Positions 1 to 12,018 of a stretch of 38,608 nucleotides of DNA are shown here, piece after piece (position 1 is the stretch's first letter; every line of letters starts with the position of its first letter). Position numbers and translations under genes: made by a program. The stretch spans positions 1 to 38,608 of the forward strand of contig JAPEUG010000133.1 of assembly GCA_026025795.1 (NCBI GenBank), given 5' to 3'. Source of the DNA: Thelocarpon superellum (Eukaryota). The notes beneath the pieces are model-generated. The model was not told where the DNA came from. It searched no databases and saw only the letters and a list, made by a program, of their open reading frames with translations.

Positions 1-890
1 CGGGCGGCGTGAAAGCCTGCGGGACCACGGCGCCGGGAAAGTACTCGGTGATCTTGATCTTCACGTCGCAGAGGTCTCGTTCACGCGCCGTCCGTTTCCG
101 CTTCTTCTTGTTCGGATCCTCGGACTTGGGAGTGCCTGGGGGCCGACCCTTGAGCCGGCAATCCCAGTAATGGGACACGAAGGGTTTGCGCTTGTACCGT
201 TGCGTGGAACGATGGGAATAGACATTGTCGACGTGTGGGAAGTAGGTCTGATACCTGAAGGGCGGACTGCCAATTAGCCACAGTCGCAGACATAGGGTCC
301 GTCTCGCACCGGGGCGGGGCGACTTGCTCCTCCTCGGTCAAGGTGATGGTCTCGCTGACATCAAACAGCTTGGCCCGCCACTCAGCCAGGTTGGGAGGGC
401 TCGGGACAATCTTCAGCCCGTCCAAGTGACCATCGCGCTTGGCCCCCGCACTCTCCGGGGTGGCGAACAGCTCGGAGTCCGGATGCTGGAGACGGGTGAG
501 GGAACTTGGGGTGCGGAGGATCTGACTAGTCAACGGCGGTCCGGGGGTCAAGATGCCGAATTGACCGCCGTGCGAGGCATGCTGCGGCGTATGGGGGTGG
601 GTCACGGCGGAGCCGCGCGGTTGGAGGGAGGCGGAGGGATTGTGGTCAAAGGACGCGGCGCTGGTCTGAAGGGGATGGCCCTGACCGGGATCGCCCAGCT
701 CGACCGGGAGCCGTTCGTGGAAGCCGTTGGGATCGACGGCGTCCAGTGATTGCAGCTCGGGGGGCAGCTGGGACGTCAAGCCGTGTCCATGGTGGGCTGA
801 CGCGTGGTGGACGCCGTGGAGGGCATCGGGCTGCAGCTGCCGAAGCGCGGCGGGGAGCTGCTGCTGCAGCGCCGCCTCAGCGTCGTCCAT
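1..890 (-). CDS. Conserved fungal protein, 3'-partial (runs off the left edge); candidate WRKY/GCM1/AFT-like zinc-ribbon domain
   Basis: Exon 1 890-328; GC-AG intron 327-255 (GCAAGT...GCTAAT...TTCAG); exon 2 254-<1 stays open. Spliced: ...TLTEEEYQTYFPHVDNVYSHRSTQRYKRKPFVSHYWDCRLKGRPPGTPKSEDPNKKKRKRTARERDLCDVKIKITEYFPG. The segment is high-complexity, carries a basic NLS-like patch, and I recognise it as conserved in Pezizomycotina. The domain call is inference. Confidence 0.8.
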
Positions 891-1322
891 GGACGAGTCT
901 GGTATCGCGAGCAGCCGGCGTCGCGTTTTCTCCTGCGCTTGTCATGTACCCCCCACTGCCGAAGCCGTCTGGCGAAACACCGATGATCCTTGAGGCGGCG
1001 AGAGGTTGGCGAACGAGGCATAGAAAGCGGCGACGGGAGTGGAGTGTCGAGTACGGCGGCCGGTAATCGAGGAAAATGCGGCGATGTTTCGCTGCTCGCC
1101 TCGCTCCTCTTCACGCATCATATCTACACGGGACACATCATCCCACCGACCTGGTCCTCCGCGTACCAAAGCGACAGCCTGAAGAGCTCCACAGCCTACT
1201 TCACGAGGTGATGTGAAGTGGCGACTTACTCTCTGGCTCTCAGGCACCTACACGTTGAACTATGAACATCGGTCGATTGACTCTTTTGATACCGAAACGC
1301 CCCTCCATTCGTGAGACGCGCC

Positions 1323-2595
1323 TCATGAGGACCCGTCATCCGGGAGCATATTGCTCTTGACCGCAAACATCTTACTCGTCACGCTAGCCGAGAATCCATC
1401 CACTTGTCGCGCGTACTGCTCCACCTGCCGTGAGTTCAACAGACCCTCTAGCCGACTGGGCTCCTGCGGAAGTTTGAACAGGCGGGTCCACTCGTCTTCC
1501 GGGAGGGGGGTTTGCTTCGCCGCCACCCGTGCCGCGTTTTCCGACTTGCGTTTGGTCTGCCACGCCGCGATCTTGGCTTGCTCTCGGCCCAGTTGCCGCT
1601 GGTAATACTGGTGGTTGTTGAGCTCGGTGTAGTGCGTCTCAATACTGTCCAGCATGAGATCGCAGGTCTTTTCGAGGAAGGGATCGATGGAAAGGTCGAG
1701 AGAGTCCAGATTGGGGTAGAGCGGTTGTTGGGGAGTGTTGGCATCTTTGCTGAGTGCCGCCAGATTCGTCGGAAGTTCCAGCTCCTCTGCCACCGGCTTC
1801 GTGGGGAGTTGGTGGAGGAAGGCGGTGAGCAAGTGAGAATTGTGGATGGTAAGCGGGAGCTCGACCAGAATGTCTTTGTAGCTCAGGTGGCTCTTCTGGA
1901 GACTGGACGATGATGGTCAGCCGACACGGATCCTGGGTGGGCGCCGCACTGTATCCGACCTACCTCTCCGTCGTGAATTTACCGTCCTTGAACAGCGTCA
2001 TAAAGGTGGGCGCGAGCCGGAAGGCTCGCAGACTCAAGCTTCCCTGAGAACTGCGGCTCACATCGTGCACGAGCGCCACAGTCCGTTCGTTGAGCTCTTT
2101 CTGATAGAAGTACTGATTCTCAATCATGTTGGCGTTGACGAAATTGCCCATATTGGCGCTCGTGTACCATCCCACATTGTTCGCGTCCACGTTGACCTCG
2201 CGCAGATGCTTGATCATCTCCGTCTGGTAGACCGTGTTGGCCTTGGCCCGAGGCGCCGCTGCCGCCAGGTTCGACGCCGCATTCGATTCGTGATGGGAGT
2301 CCGTGGCGGGGAGATCAACAGTGGGGAAGGGGAACGTGTTGGTCACCTGGAGGAGCCCGTCCACATCCATCCCAACCAGGGAACCGGTTGCCGTAGTGGG
2401 GAACGTCTGCGAGCAATGCTTGATGATCTTCATCACCACCTATGGACCGGTTAATGTGGCTTCGATAGGTTCAAGGCCGATGACCCTACCAGGGCTTCGA
2501 CCTGGACCGCCTTCAAGGGCGACTCCTTGCTATCGTACCATCAGCTATTGATCGAGCGAGTACTTCCCAGGGACTCACGTCGAATGTTCCGCCAT
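1323..2595 (-). CDS. eIF3h: Translation initiation factor 3 subunit H (MPN domain), 370 aa, 4 exons
   Basis: Exons 2595-2579, 2529-2490, 2439-1964, 1902-1323; all introns GT-AG. Motifs [59 protein letters not shown] and the C-terminal PQEPSRLE. Confidence 0.95.
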
Positions 2596-2983
2596 GGGGG
2601 GCATCTTTGGTCAATGTCTGGAAGGCGGTGCTGCCACGAGATCTATAGTCTATATCCAGCAACGTGGGGCAAAAATTCCATTGTGCGTCTGGTGTTATGT
2701 AAGCGAACTGCGAGTTGTCGTCGATACGTTTTGAACTGAGATGAGATAGCTTCCGGAGAGTAACATGGTAGTCTCAGGCAGTATTTGTGTACATTGGCAC
2801 TACCCTGTACGAGCCCTTATCCTCCCTACTTTCGACCTCCAGAGCCTGACTGCACGTTTCGCTCTATTCTGTTCGTCTATCGCGGCAGCTTTACCTCCAA
2901 GAATACATGCACGAGCGACTCCACTAGAGTCGTCGTACCACTCTTCGCCCCGCTCCGGAAGCCTTCCTCATGTCGCTGCCACA

Positions 2984-4001
2984 ATGAGCTCCTTTCCTAA
3001 AGTTGAGAAGGATCTCTACTACCTTCCACAGCCAGGGGCGACATGTCTTCATACTCTTGATATCTGCTTGTTTCGTCCAGTGATCCGGCAATCGGAGGGT
3101 AATTTCTGGATCGTGTATTATCGCCGCCTTCCTCAGGCCCTCCTGAGCCAGGAACTTTGAGTGACTTCGCTTTAGATACATCCATGGCGGGGCCTGGCGT
3201 GACCCACTCATCATGTCGAAATCCTTTCAGCCTACGATTGATGTCCTCCAGACCAAGAGCGGTGCCCTGTCTCGTGTAACTGGTGTTGCGTCCCTGAACT
3301 ACCGCCTCTCCCCCTACCCCTCCCACCCGTCTGCCCCGAGTTCGCCGAGCGATCCCGCACGCAACATTTTTCATCCAGACCACGTCTGCGACGTCCTTGC
3401 CGCCTTACGGTATCTCCAGCAAGCCTATGGCTTTGGACATCAATATCTCCTCGTCGGGCATAGCTGTGGTGCCACCCTTGCGTTGCAGTGTGTCATGCGG
3501 TCACAGGAGGCCCCGTCTGCCACTCCTTTCGATGCAACGAGCAACAATGCCGGTCCGAACGCGCCCGAGCCCTTCTTAAACCCTGTCGGCATTCTCGGCG
3601 TGGAGGGAGTGTACGACCTTGTCGGATTAAGAGATCGACATTTCGAGTCGTCCATTTACCAAGATATCGTCACGAATGCGTTTGGACTAGACGAGCGGGA
3701 ATGGCGAAAGGCCTCGCCCACCACATGGCTGCTTGAAAAGGCCAGTCTGGCCGAGTCCTGGCCGGAAGGGAGGGTGCTGGTCATTGCGCAATCCCACGAG
3801 GATGGGCTAGTTGAGGACGACCAAGCGACCGAGCTCCTGCACGCTGTGGGGCTGGACGGAAACAGAAGCGCGGGAAGGAAAGACGAGCTGATGTGGTTGA
3901 GGGGTCTGCACGACCAGATATGGGAAGAGGGACACGAGCTGGCAGCGGCGATTCTGCACTCCATCTGTCTCCTCGCCCCTCCATCATCTCGATTGAGCTA
4001 G
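2984..4001 (+). CDS. BNA7: Kynurenine formamidase (alpha/beta hydrolase), 318 aa, 2 exons
   Basis: Exons 2984-3114 and 3176-4001 (intron GTATTA...TTTAG). Splicing restores FWIVYIHGGAWRDP. Nucleophile motif LVGHSCGA, GVEGVYDL, and putative triad Asp (HEDGLV) and His (GLHDQIW). Confidence 0.88.
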
Positions 4002-4169
4002 ATGGTAGAATTTGGACGACCATTGCGATACTCATGCACCTCTATCGTACCTCTGGTATCCTGTCATCCGTCTCGATCAACACCAAAGGGCCACAACTCA
4101 TGTCTCCACAAGCCGCTGCCATGGCCCGGACTTGATCGTCTTGCGTCAACGTCTGCCAATGCGACCGTG

Positions 4170-4917
4170 CTACAGTGCCTTCCCACTGCTCTTTCGCTTT
4201 TTGTCCGCCTCGGCATTCTTAAACGGCCAGCCGCTCACTCGTTTATCCGAGAGGGTTTTCCGGCTGATGCGTCCCGAGCTGCTCGCGAAGAGGAGACACC
4301 AGAGGCCCACGGCAGCCAGCCCACCATAGCCGGCCGCGCCAGCGGCGAACGCGAGCGAGCCATCCGTGCTGAAGCGTGCGTAGCAGTAGAATGCTGCAGC
4401 ACTATGGAAGGTGGCGGTGATGGTCAACGTCGGAACGGCGTATGGAGCGGTGGGGTCGGACGCCTCGGTGCTCACTCCGTCGCCAACCGCTGCGCGGGCA
4501 TTGATTAGCGCCGGAACCACACCGCCAGTGGAGCGAGTGACCTACTGTCGGCAAGAGACGAGGTGAGGGGGATGGACCCAGTCAAAAGCACCGTCAGCAA
4601 TGCGAGGGTTATGAGTGCAATGCCAAGCGAGCGTGAAAAGTACTCCTCAAGGGCTACGTATTTGTATGGTTAGCCACGCGGCGGACACGTCGAGGGAAGC
4701 TTGCTGGACGCTCGATGGAAGCTTCTGGGACACTCACGACTCGGCTCGCGCACATCGGGGGAGAGAAGCGTGATCATGATGGTGGGCGAGGCAATCAGTG
4801 GGCCGGCTTGCAGGAAGAGCCATCCGGCCGTGCCGTACGTATAGGCGTAAAAGACCTAGGCAAACAATTCCCTTTAGCAGCCGGTAAGCGGTCGGAGCGT
4901 AAGATACAGACATCCAT
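4170..4917 (-). CDS. Conserved hypothetical multi-pass membrane protein, 183 aa, 4 exons
   Basis: Exons 4917-4912 (ATG GAT), 4855-4738, 4653-4546, 4489-4170; phases close. Protein MDVFYAYTYGTAGWLFLQAGPLIASP...LEEYFSRSLGIALITLALLTVLLTGSIPL...PYAVPTL...GLWCLLFASSSGRISRKTLSDKRVSGWPFKNAEADKKR has about four hydrophobic segments and a basic tail resembling a conserved Pezizomycotina family. Confidence 0.85.
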
Positions 4918-5104
4918 GATATGTAGATATTCAACGCGTTTGAATCGCACACTCTGCTCTTGAGACGACGGGCAGTGGTTGAAGGTGGGATTTCTCCGAG
5001 TGTTGTCGGCTGCGGAGGAGGCAGAGGTGTTGCTTTTTGAATCCCGCGTATGCGCCAACGACGTCACCGGCACAACAAGGCTCATGTTCCACCCGCAAGC
5101 TCGG

Positions 5105-5127
5105 CTAGCCTCCTACTAGGAGGCTAG
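5105..5127. repeat. Inverted repeat, 11-bp arms with 1-nt spacer
   Basis: CTAGCCTCCTA-C-TAGGAGGCTAG read directly from the sequence. Confidence 0.9.
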
Positions 5128-5187
5128 GCTTAGTTGACAAGCGACCGGCCCACATCGCATGCGAGATGATTCAGCCAGGTCCCCATA

Positions 5188-5208
5188 CCCTCATCCCTCA
5201 TCCCTCAT
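5188..5208 (+). repeat. (CCCTCAT)3 heptamer microsatellite
   Basis: Direct reading; degenerate copies follow. Confidence 0.85.
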
Positions 5209-5311
5209 CCTCAACCTCATCCGTCCCCATGGATCCGACCCGCAAGAGAGGCGTTGGTCGTTGGAATAGGATCACTTGGATCAAGGCGTCCCTTGACATG
5301 GTACTCACTAC

Positions 5312-6633
5312 CTAATTATTGATAGTACTAGCGTTCAGGTATCTCTGAAAGCTATTCGCTGCCGCTGTAGACCTTCCCCCTGCCTCGGCGTCGTCCCGTA
5401 ACGCTCGTTGGTATTTCCGTCGCAGTCCACCATCCCCCTCTTCTTCCCCATCCACCTCCTCTTCCATATCGTCATCCGGATCCACCAGCTCCGCAGGGAT
5501 GTCTTCCGCGTCATCTTCGTCTTCCTGGTCGCTAATGGTCCCGGATTGCTCAAACTGGCCCGGCCGCGGAGGCGCGCCCGAAGCCCCTCGCTCGTCGACC
5601 CTCATGTCTTTCAGCAGCTTGCCTAGCTCCTTTTCTCGTCGGCTGTCCTTGTCTTTCTTTCGTTTTTCTTGCCGTCGCTCCAGCTCGGGTCGATAGTCAC
5701 GTTCGAACTCGTCAGCTTTCTCGCGCACGGCGATGAAAAAGTCATCAATTCCTTGCCCCGTCATGGAGCTGAGGCCGACCACGCTCAGGTGTCTGTAAAA
5801 CTCCTCAAGCATCAAGCTCATGCTGTTCAGCAAGGATCCCATATACCCGCTGCCGCCGGTATCGCCGCTCTCCCCCTCGCTGTCCTCCTGCCGCAAGGCG
5901 GCCTGGAAGGCTTCAAAGTCCGTCATCCACTCTTTGGCAAACTCTGCGTCTGTCACGTCGGTCTTGTTGAAGACGAGAATCATGGGGAGCTTGGTCTTGT
6001 AGAGGATGCTGCATGCGTAAAGCATGTTGCTCATGAAGGTGCTTGTGGACGTCGTCCGGGGCGTGTCGATAATGTAGGCGATGACGGTGGGAAAGGCAGA
6101 TGCGAGCGAGTCGAGCAGGATGCTTCCCGACGCACTCCACACAAACACTTCGATCTGCCCAGGTGTGTCGACGAGGATGTTCGTAATGGGCTTGGCGTTG
6201 GGCTTCGCCGGGTCGGGCGTCGTTCGCTTTTCCAGGAGTCCCAGAATCTGGTCAATCTTGGTGGCAAACAGGTTGAGCGATGTCAAGATACCTCCATTAG
6301 GGCCCAGCTTATATCTGTCGGCCATTGTCAGCAAAGTGTTGGAACTCATTTTACCCCGACCTACTGCTTCATCACTTCTTTGTAGTTCACCGAGTCGCGA
6401 ATGTCGATGTTACTCTCAAAGGGAACAGTCCTGACTGCTGGATCTAGGTTGATGACGTAGGGAGGATCTTTCTTGGTGTGGAGATGTGAGTTGATACGCT
6501 GCATAAAGGTCGTTTTGCCAGACCCTGCAGGACCTTCAGATCAGTCCCAGCTGCTCTGCTCGGAGAAGAAGCGCGATTAAATCTTACCTGCCATGCCCAC
6601 GCACACAATCGCCACCGGCTTATCGGTCGCCAT
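5312..6633 (-). CDS. NPA3: GPN-loop GTPase 1, 402 aa, 3 exons
   Basis: Exons 6633-6588, 6524-6365, 6314-5312. P-loop [29 protein letters not shown] (GPN loop), [13 protein letters not shown] and an acidic C-terminal tail. Confidence 0.95.
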
Positions 6634-6866
6634 GACCTCAAACAGATGCGTTTGACCGCTCACGGGCTCTCGTTGGCGGGGGAATTGCGGTTGCAAGGAG
6701 TGAGGGCCATCTTTGAGCAAGGCCGAGACGCTGTCGGTGTGGAAGTACTCGTTCTCGTACGTCGGTAGTCAGTCTCTTGGGTTCAATGGAAATGTTCTTT
6801 CCACTAAGCCTATTTTGCTAGCGCCTGAGCTGGGCATCCCATCTCTTCGGTTAAGGTGAGCGGAAA

Positions 6867-6882
6867 TACTTCGTACGAAGTA
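6867..6882. repeat. 16-bp perfect palindrome in the NPA3/CWF19 divergent intergenic region
   Basis: TACTTCGTACGAAGTA equals its own reverse complement. Confidence 0.9.
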
Positions 6883-6946
6883 CTTGAGGGTCCGACTTGC
6901 AAGAAGGACTGCAACATAGGAAGCGGAGTCCGTTGACCCACACGAT

Positions 6947-9129
6947 ATGACGCTGGAGGAGTTTGAAAAGTCCTTGCGAGAAGGACGAGCAGCTGGCTCG
7001 TTGGAGTACCCACGTGAGTCGCAAGCCTCCGAGAAGGACCGGCATCGACATCGTCACCTCCATCACCGCCGTCACCATCGATCTCCCCACCACCGAACAT
7101 CCGAGAAGGATGACGAGCGTCGGCACCATCACCGACACAAGCGCCCTCGCACCTCTGAAGGTGACGAGCAAGGGGAAGAGGTAGAGAGCGACACGAAGCG
7201 CAGTCGCCGACATGAAGACAAGCCCGGCCGAGGTGAGATGCAGGCCCCGCTGACGGTCGAGCATGGCGCCACTTCGGACACGCAACGAGATGCATGGATG
7301 CAGGCCCCTTCTGCTCTGGATTTCGACATCGTCAATCGGCCGAGCCATCAACCCCCCGAGCGGCAAGCAGCTGGATCAGCTCGACCCGACTTTGAGCTCA
7401 AAGTCCACAAAAACGAACTAAACCATCACCTCCGAGACTTGGCCGACGGGCTAGACGTCGACGACCTCCCCGACGAGCCCGCATCACACGAAGTCGATTA
7501 TACCTTTGGTGATGCCGGATCGCATTGGCGCATGACCAAATTGCAAGGCGTCCTCCGACAAGCGGAGGAGAGCGGCCGAGCGGTCGAGGACGTCGCGATC
7601 GAGCGGTTTGGTGACTTGCAAGCCTTCGACAACGCGCGCGAAGAGCAGACCGAGCTGGGGCGGCGCGAGACGTACGGACGAGGCTACTTGGGAAAGGAGA
7701 AGCCGACGGGCGAGCTCTATCAGCAGCGAGAGCGTGAGGCTGGACCACGGCAGCAAGAGGCATCCGATCGCCTCGCCGATGCCAAGGTCGAACTTCCCCA
7801 GGGCGAGGTGCTCGAAACTACCAAGAGGACAGTGTCCATGGACCAGACGGGCCTGAATCGGCTACGGGCCCAGATGATGAAGGCGAAGCTGAGAGGCTCC
7901 TCCGACCTCCCTCGGCTCGAAGCAGAGTATGCTCAGGCCGAGTCCGCGCTGGCGAGCAAGGGACCGCAGGTCGTGGTGCTCGACAAGATGGAGAACCGCC
8001 TGATGGCCGGGGGACGGCAGGGCGAGATCAAGGAGGTGGAGACGAAGAGGGGACGTGAGCGAGGTTTGGTTGAGGAGAACGAGGACATGTCCCTTGACGA
8101 CATGGTTCGTGAAGAACGACGAACACGAGGGCAGGCGGGCGGAGAAGCTACGCGGTTCGCCGAACGCATAGCCAAAGACGGCAAATTCGATGTGAGACCT
8201 GGAATCGTCCGTCTCGTCGTCCGATGGCTGGTGGCTGACAGCGACCTAGAACGACCTGGACTACATGGACGAAAACGCAAACAAGCTCGCCAAACGCGTG
8301 CAAAAGTCGGAGATCAATCTGCGGAACATGGCCATCAATGACTTCCAAAAGATGAACCGCATCCTGGACACTTGCCCGCTCTGTCACCACGAGGACAAAG
8401 ATCTGCCGCCGGTCGCGCCCCTCGTCTCGCTCGGCACCAGAGTCTACCTCACCCTACCAACGGAGCCCGAGATCAGTGAGGGCGGTGCTTGTATTGTGCC
8501 CATTCAACATCGTGGAAATCTGCTGGAGTGCGACGATGATGAGTGGGAAGAGATTCGAGTGAGTGATCCTGACCAAGATCACTTCTGACCGACCACGCTG
8601 ACGCCGATGACAGAATTTCATGAAGTCGCTGACACGCATGTATCACGACCAGGGCCGCGACGTGATCTTTTACGAGAACGCCGCAGCGCCCCAGAAGAAA
8701 CGGCATGCGGCCATGGAAGTGGTTCCCTTGCCGTATAGTTTGGGGGAGACTGCCCCAGCCTTCTTCAAGGAGGCCATCCTAACGTCCGACGAGGAGTGGA
8801 CGCAACACGCCAAGATTATCGATACCCTTCAACGAGCGCAGAAGCAAGGTCTTGGCAAGCAGGCCTTCCGTCGCTCGCTCGCCAAGGAAATGCCCTACTT
8901 CCACGTGTGGTTTGCCATCGACGGGGGCTTGGGACACATCGTGGAAGACTCCAACCGCTGGCCCAAGGGCGATCTCTTTGCGCGCGAGGTGCTGGGGGGA
9001 ATGTTGGACGTCGACGCTTCCGTCATCAAGCGTCGGGGGCGATGGGCGAAAGGCACGGATGCCCGCCTACCCGACTTCAAGAAACGGTGGCGCAAATTTG
9101 ACTGGACTCGAGTGCTGACGGACCATTGA
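6947..9129 (+). CDS. cwf19: Pre-mRNA splicing factor Cwf19 (CWF19L2 family, CwfJ C-terminal domains), 689 aa, 3 exons
   Basis: Exons 6947-8191, 8250-8558, 8614-9129. Motifs RDAWM, YTFGDAGSHWRMTKL, KFDNDLDYMDENA, CPLCHHED, IVPIQH, WEEIRNFMKSL, PAFFKEAIL, PYFHVWF and the terminal FDWTRVL. Confidence 0.92.
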
Positions 9130-10200
9130 GCCTCGAGAATATGACCATCACGTTACACGTCCTGCTGCGGGCACGTAGATGTCGTGATGATCGATGAATC
9201 CATAGCGCTGTGCCGCCAAAGGGCCACAGTCTGACCAGGAGGGCGATGACGTTACCATGCAGCGGGCTTGCGTGTCGCTGACGGTTCTAGCGAGCCACCG
9301 ACCACGCCCGGTTGCATGGTGGCTGGCTCTTCCACACCTTCTCACTGGCTGTCTCTGCACCTGCGCTGGCCCACCCCTCTGGCGATGGATCGTATGCTCG
9401 TCTCCAACCCCGGCGGAAACGATCGCCGACGCGAGAGGCTCGCCTCCAACAATCGTGCCCGTCGCTTCACGTCGCCTATCGCTCGGGGCGCCGACCGTGG
9501 AGAATCCAAGGCGGGCGAAATGAGACCGGCGACCGCGCCCTGCGCCCCACTCATGACAGTGCTTGCGCACCACACTGCGCTGCGCAGGAACTCGTCCACA
9601 TACGCAGCCTTCATCTCATTCGCATGGCGTCGTGGCATGGCGGCGCCATTCATTTCCATCCTCAAGAATCCATTCGTCGTAGCAGCTTACGGGCATGGGC
9701 ATACGGGAGATGGAACGCCAGACAAAAGGAACCCACCCTCCACCCACTCCTGCACACCCGCCTCAGCAAGGAGGATGTATAACTTATGCCCTCGACGCGC
9801 ACATCTCCACCTCAACCCCCACTATGCGCCCATGACAGCTCAGGTCCTTTCGAACGGCAAAGTCACATATTATTACATGACCTGAAGATACCATTCCTGC
9901 GCCAGCCGGCGGAACGTGCGCTACTGACGCAACGATTCCGCCGCGGCTACTTTTGTGATTGACGGTCATAATGCCCTGGCATCCCCGAGATTGTTTCCGC
10001 GACAGCGCCGTTGGAGAGCAAGGGCGACGAATAACGACGAAAGAAGGATTTGCTCTGCTAGGTGGCAAGATTACTCGCCCTTTGACATGGGTACAACGAG
10101 GGCTCATCGAGTAACGGTCTGTTTTGGGTTCTGGCGGTCAGGTGGCGACGCTGCACGTGCGGGTGGAGGTGACGCTGATCCACGGATCGCTTGTACGAGT

Positions 10201-10238
10201 GCAAGTAGTACCGCAAGTAGTACTGCAAAGAGTACTGC
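10201..10238 (+). repeat. Three degenerate 12-bp tandem repeats (GCAAGTAGTACY-like)
   Basis: gcaagtagtacc gcaagtagtact gcaaagagtact gc. Confidence 0.75.
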
Positions 10239-11533
10239 GACAGACGCCTGGATGGCATGCCGTCCTTTGTCTACGCCTGTCCCGGTCGAGGTAGACGAAG
10301 AAGAAAAAGAAGGGAACACGGCAGGGAGATTCTCGAAGCAGGGGCGGCATCCACTCAAGGCGGGAGATGCCGTGCGTGTTGGCCGACACGTAAGGGCAAG
10401 GGTACCATACGTCAACGGGCCGGCTCGACCGTGCTTCATCACGCCGGATGCCTGCCGGGGCATTGGTGCGAATTCCCGTGCATGCGCCTTGATGTTGGCA
10501 TGAAGAATACGAATAGACTTCCGTGCGACCCCTCTCCCCGTCTTGCTCACCGCTCCGTCTTGGGCTCCACACTGGAGCGCTGCGGGTGGCGCCTGGTCCA
10601 AGGCATTTCATCGTCGATCTTTCTTCATTTCCGTCTCTGGACATGGCATGTTTTGGCCTGCGCGCCCCGTGCTTGGACCACCGTCGCCCCGCATCCTTCC
10701 ACCTTCCCCCGTCTCACCGGCGCGCCGAGGGACTCTCAGGCCGATGCCCCCCGGGCGCGTCAATGGCTGCGGAGCATCGGCCCGTGGTCGGTGGACGCCA
10801 GGAGTCATGGGGGATCGTGCCATGGGGCGTTTGAGCCGCGCAAGTAGCCGATGAGATCAGAGTTTCCGCCCATCGGGCTGGCTCATCACGCGATCCAATG
10901 ATTGCCGCCACGTCGAGCCTGGTCGAGCCCGGTCAAGCCCGCTTGGCTTGCGAGGTTGCCCGCTTCGGCTTCGGCTCTCGCTTGCACGTCGCCTCACGGC
11001 ACTTCGACTTCGCGAAGCGTCGTCTGAGGATAGTGGCCTTCTCCGGCCCAGCCGGCCAACTCCGGTCCCTACCTGGAGCTCGCCTGTGCGGTGCGCGCTT
11101 ACCAGCAGCTGCTCGATCGATGGCATGGTCCTCGCTCGCCCATCACCTGCCAACGGGCGCTGGCGGGAACGAGGACATGGCATCTACAGCTTCCGCTTCC
11201 GCCATCGTAGGGCTGCAGTCGTTACGCGGGTCCACTCTGCCTGCCGTGGGAGGTGCCGCCCAGGGATTGTCCACCTTGTCCACCTTCCGCAACCCTGAAA
11301 CGCCCGTGAGCGTCTGCCGATTTGTGGGTAGTATCGGTCGATGATAAGTACATCGTACGTCAACGGACGGAGGAGAAGTGAATCGAAGTCAGCCGCCACC
11401 GCGCCATTGGACCCCACCCCGGCCCCCGTCACCCCAGTTGCCTTTCGTGGTTCGTCGGCGCCAGCCCAAGACCTGGACGAACAAGTACGCCGGACGGCGG
11501 GGCGGTTGTCGGATCTCGCCGGGGCAAGAACAA

Positions 11534-11562
11534 CGTGCTGCGTGCTGCGTGCTGCGTGCTGC
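11534..11562 (+). repeat. (CGTGCTG)4 heptamer microsatellite
   Basis: Direct reading. Confidence 0.9.
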
Positions 11563-11998
11563 ACTTACCGTGCGGCCGGCATCGAACCTCGCCGCGCATC
11601 ATCGCGCTTAGATCTCGGCACGACGACGAGCGGCTTCATCGGCCCCCGGCGGCCAGCGTCTCATCATCTCTGGCGCCGTGATGGTGTGCGTGCCAGCGTT
11701 CCGGCTGCAGCATCCTCGCCGGGGCACGCCTTCCTGCCTCCATTGCCGGAGGCAGCACGGCGTCGGGCATTTGGGGTGGAGGCTGGCCAGCGCTCGCACC
11801 TTCCAGCTTCAGCCAGCTGCTGGGTGGGGCGACCTTACCCGATCAAGCAGCAGCGCAGCCCTTCCGAGCCTAAGGCGTCGGCTCATTTGCGAGGGAGATT
11901 TTGGGCGCAGCAGATGCCCCCGGGGCGCATTCGTTTCATGCGGTCAATTTCCAGCTCCCCAACTTGCCAGCGGTTCGCGCCACCCCTCGCCCGCCGGC

Positions 11999-12018
11999 CT
12001 CGCTCGCTCGCTCGCTCG
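11999..12018 (+). repeat. (CTCG)5 microsatellite
   Basis: Direct reading. Confidence 0.85.

Noticed and set aside
9184..9234. Box C (GTGATGA) and box D (CTGA) resembling a C/D snoRNA after CWF19
   Set aside because: Only about 50 nt long, with no terminal stem and no convincing rRNA guide that I can identify.
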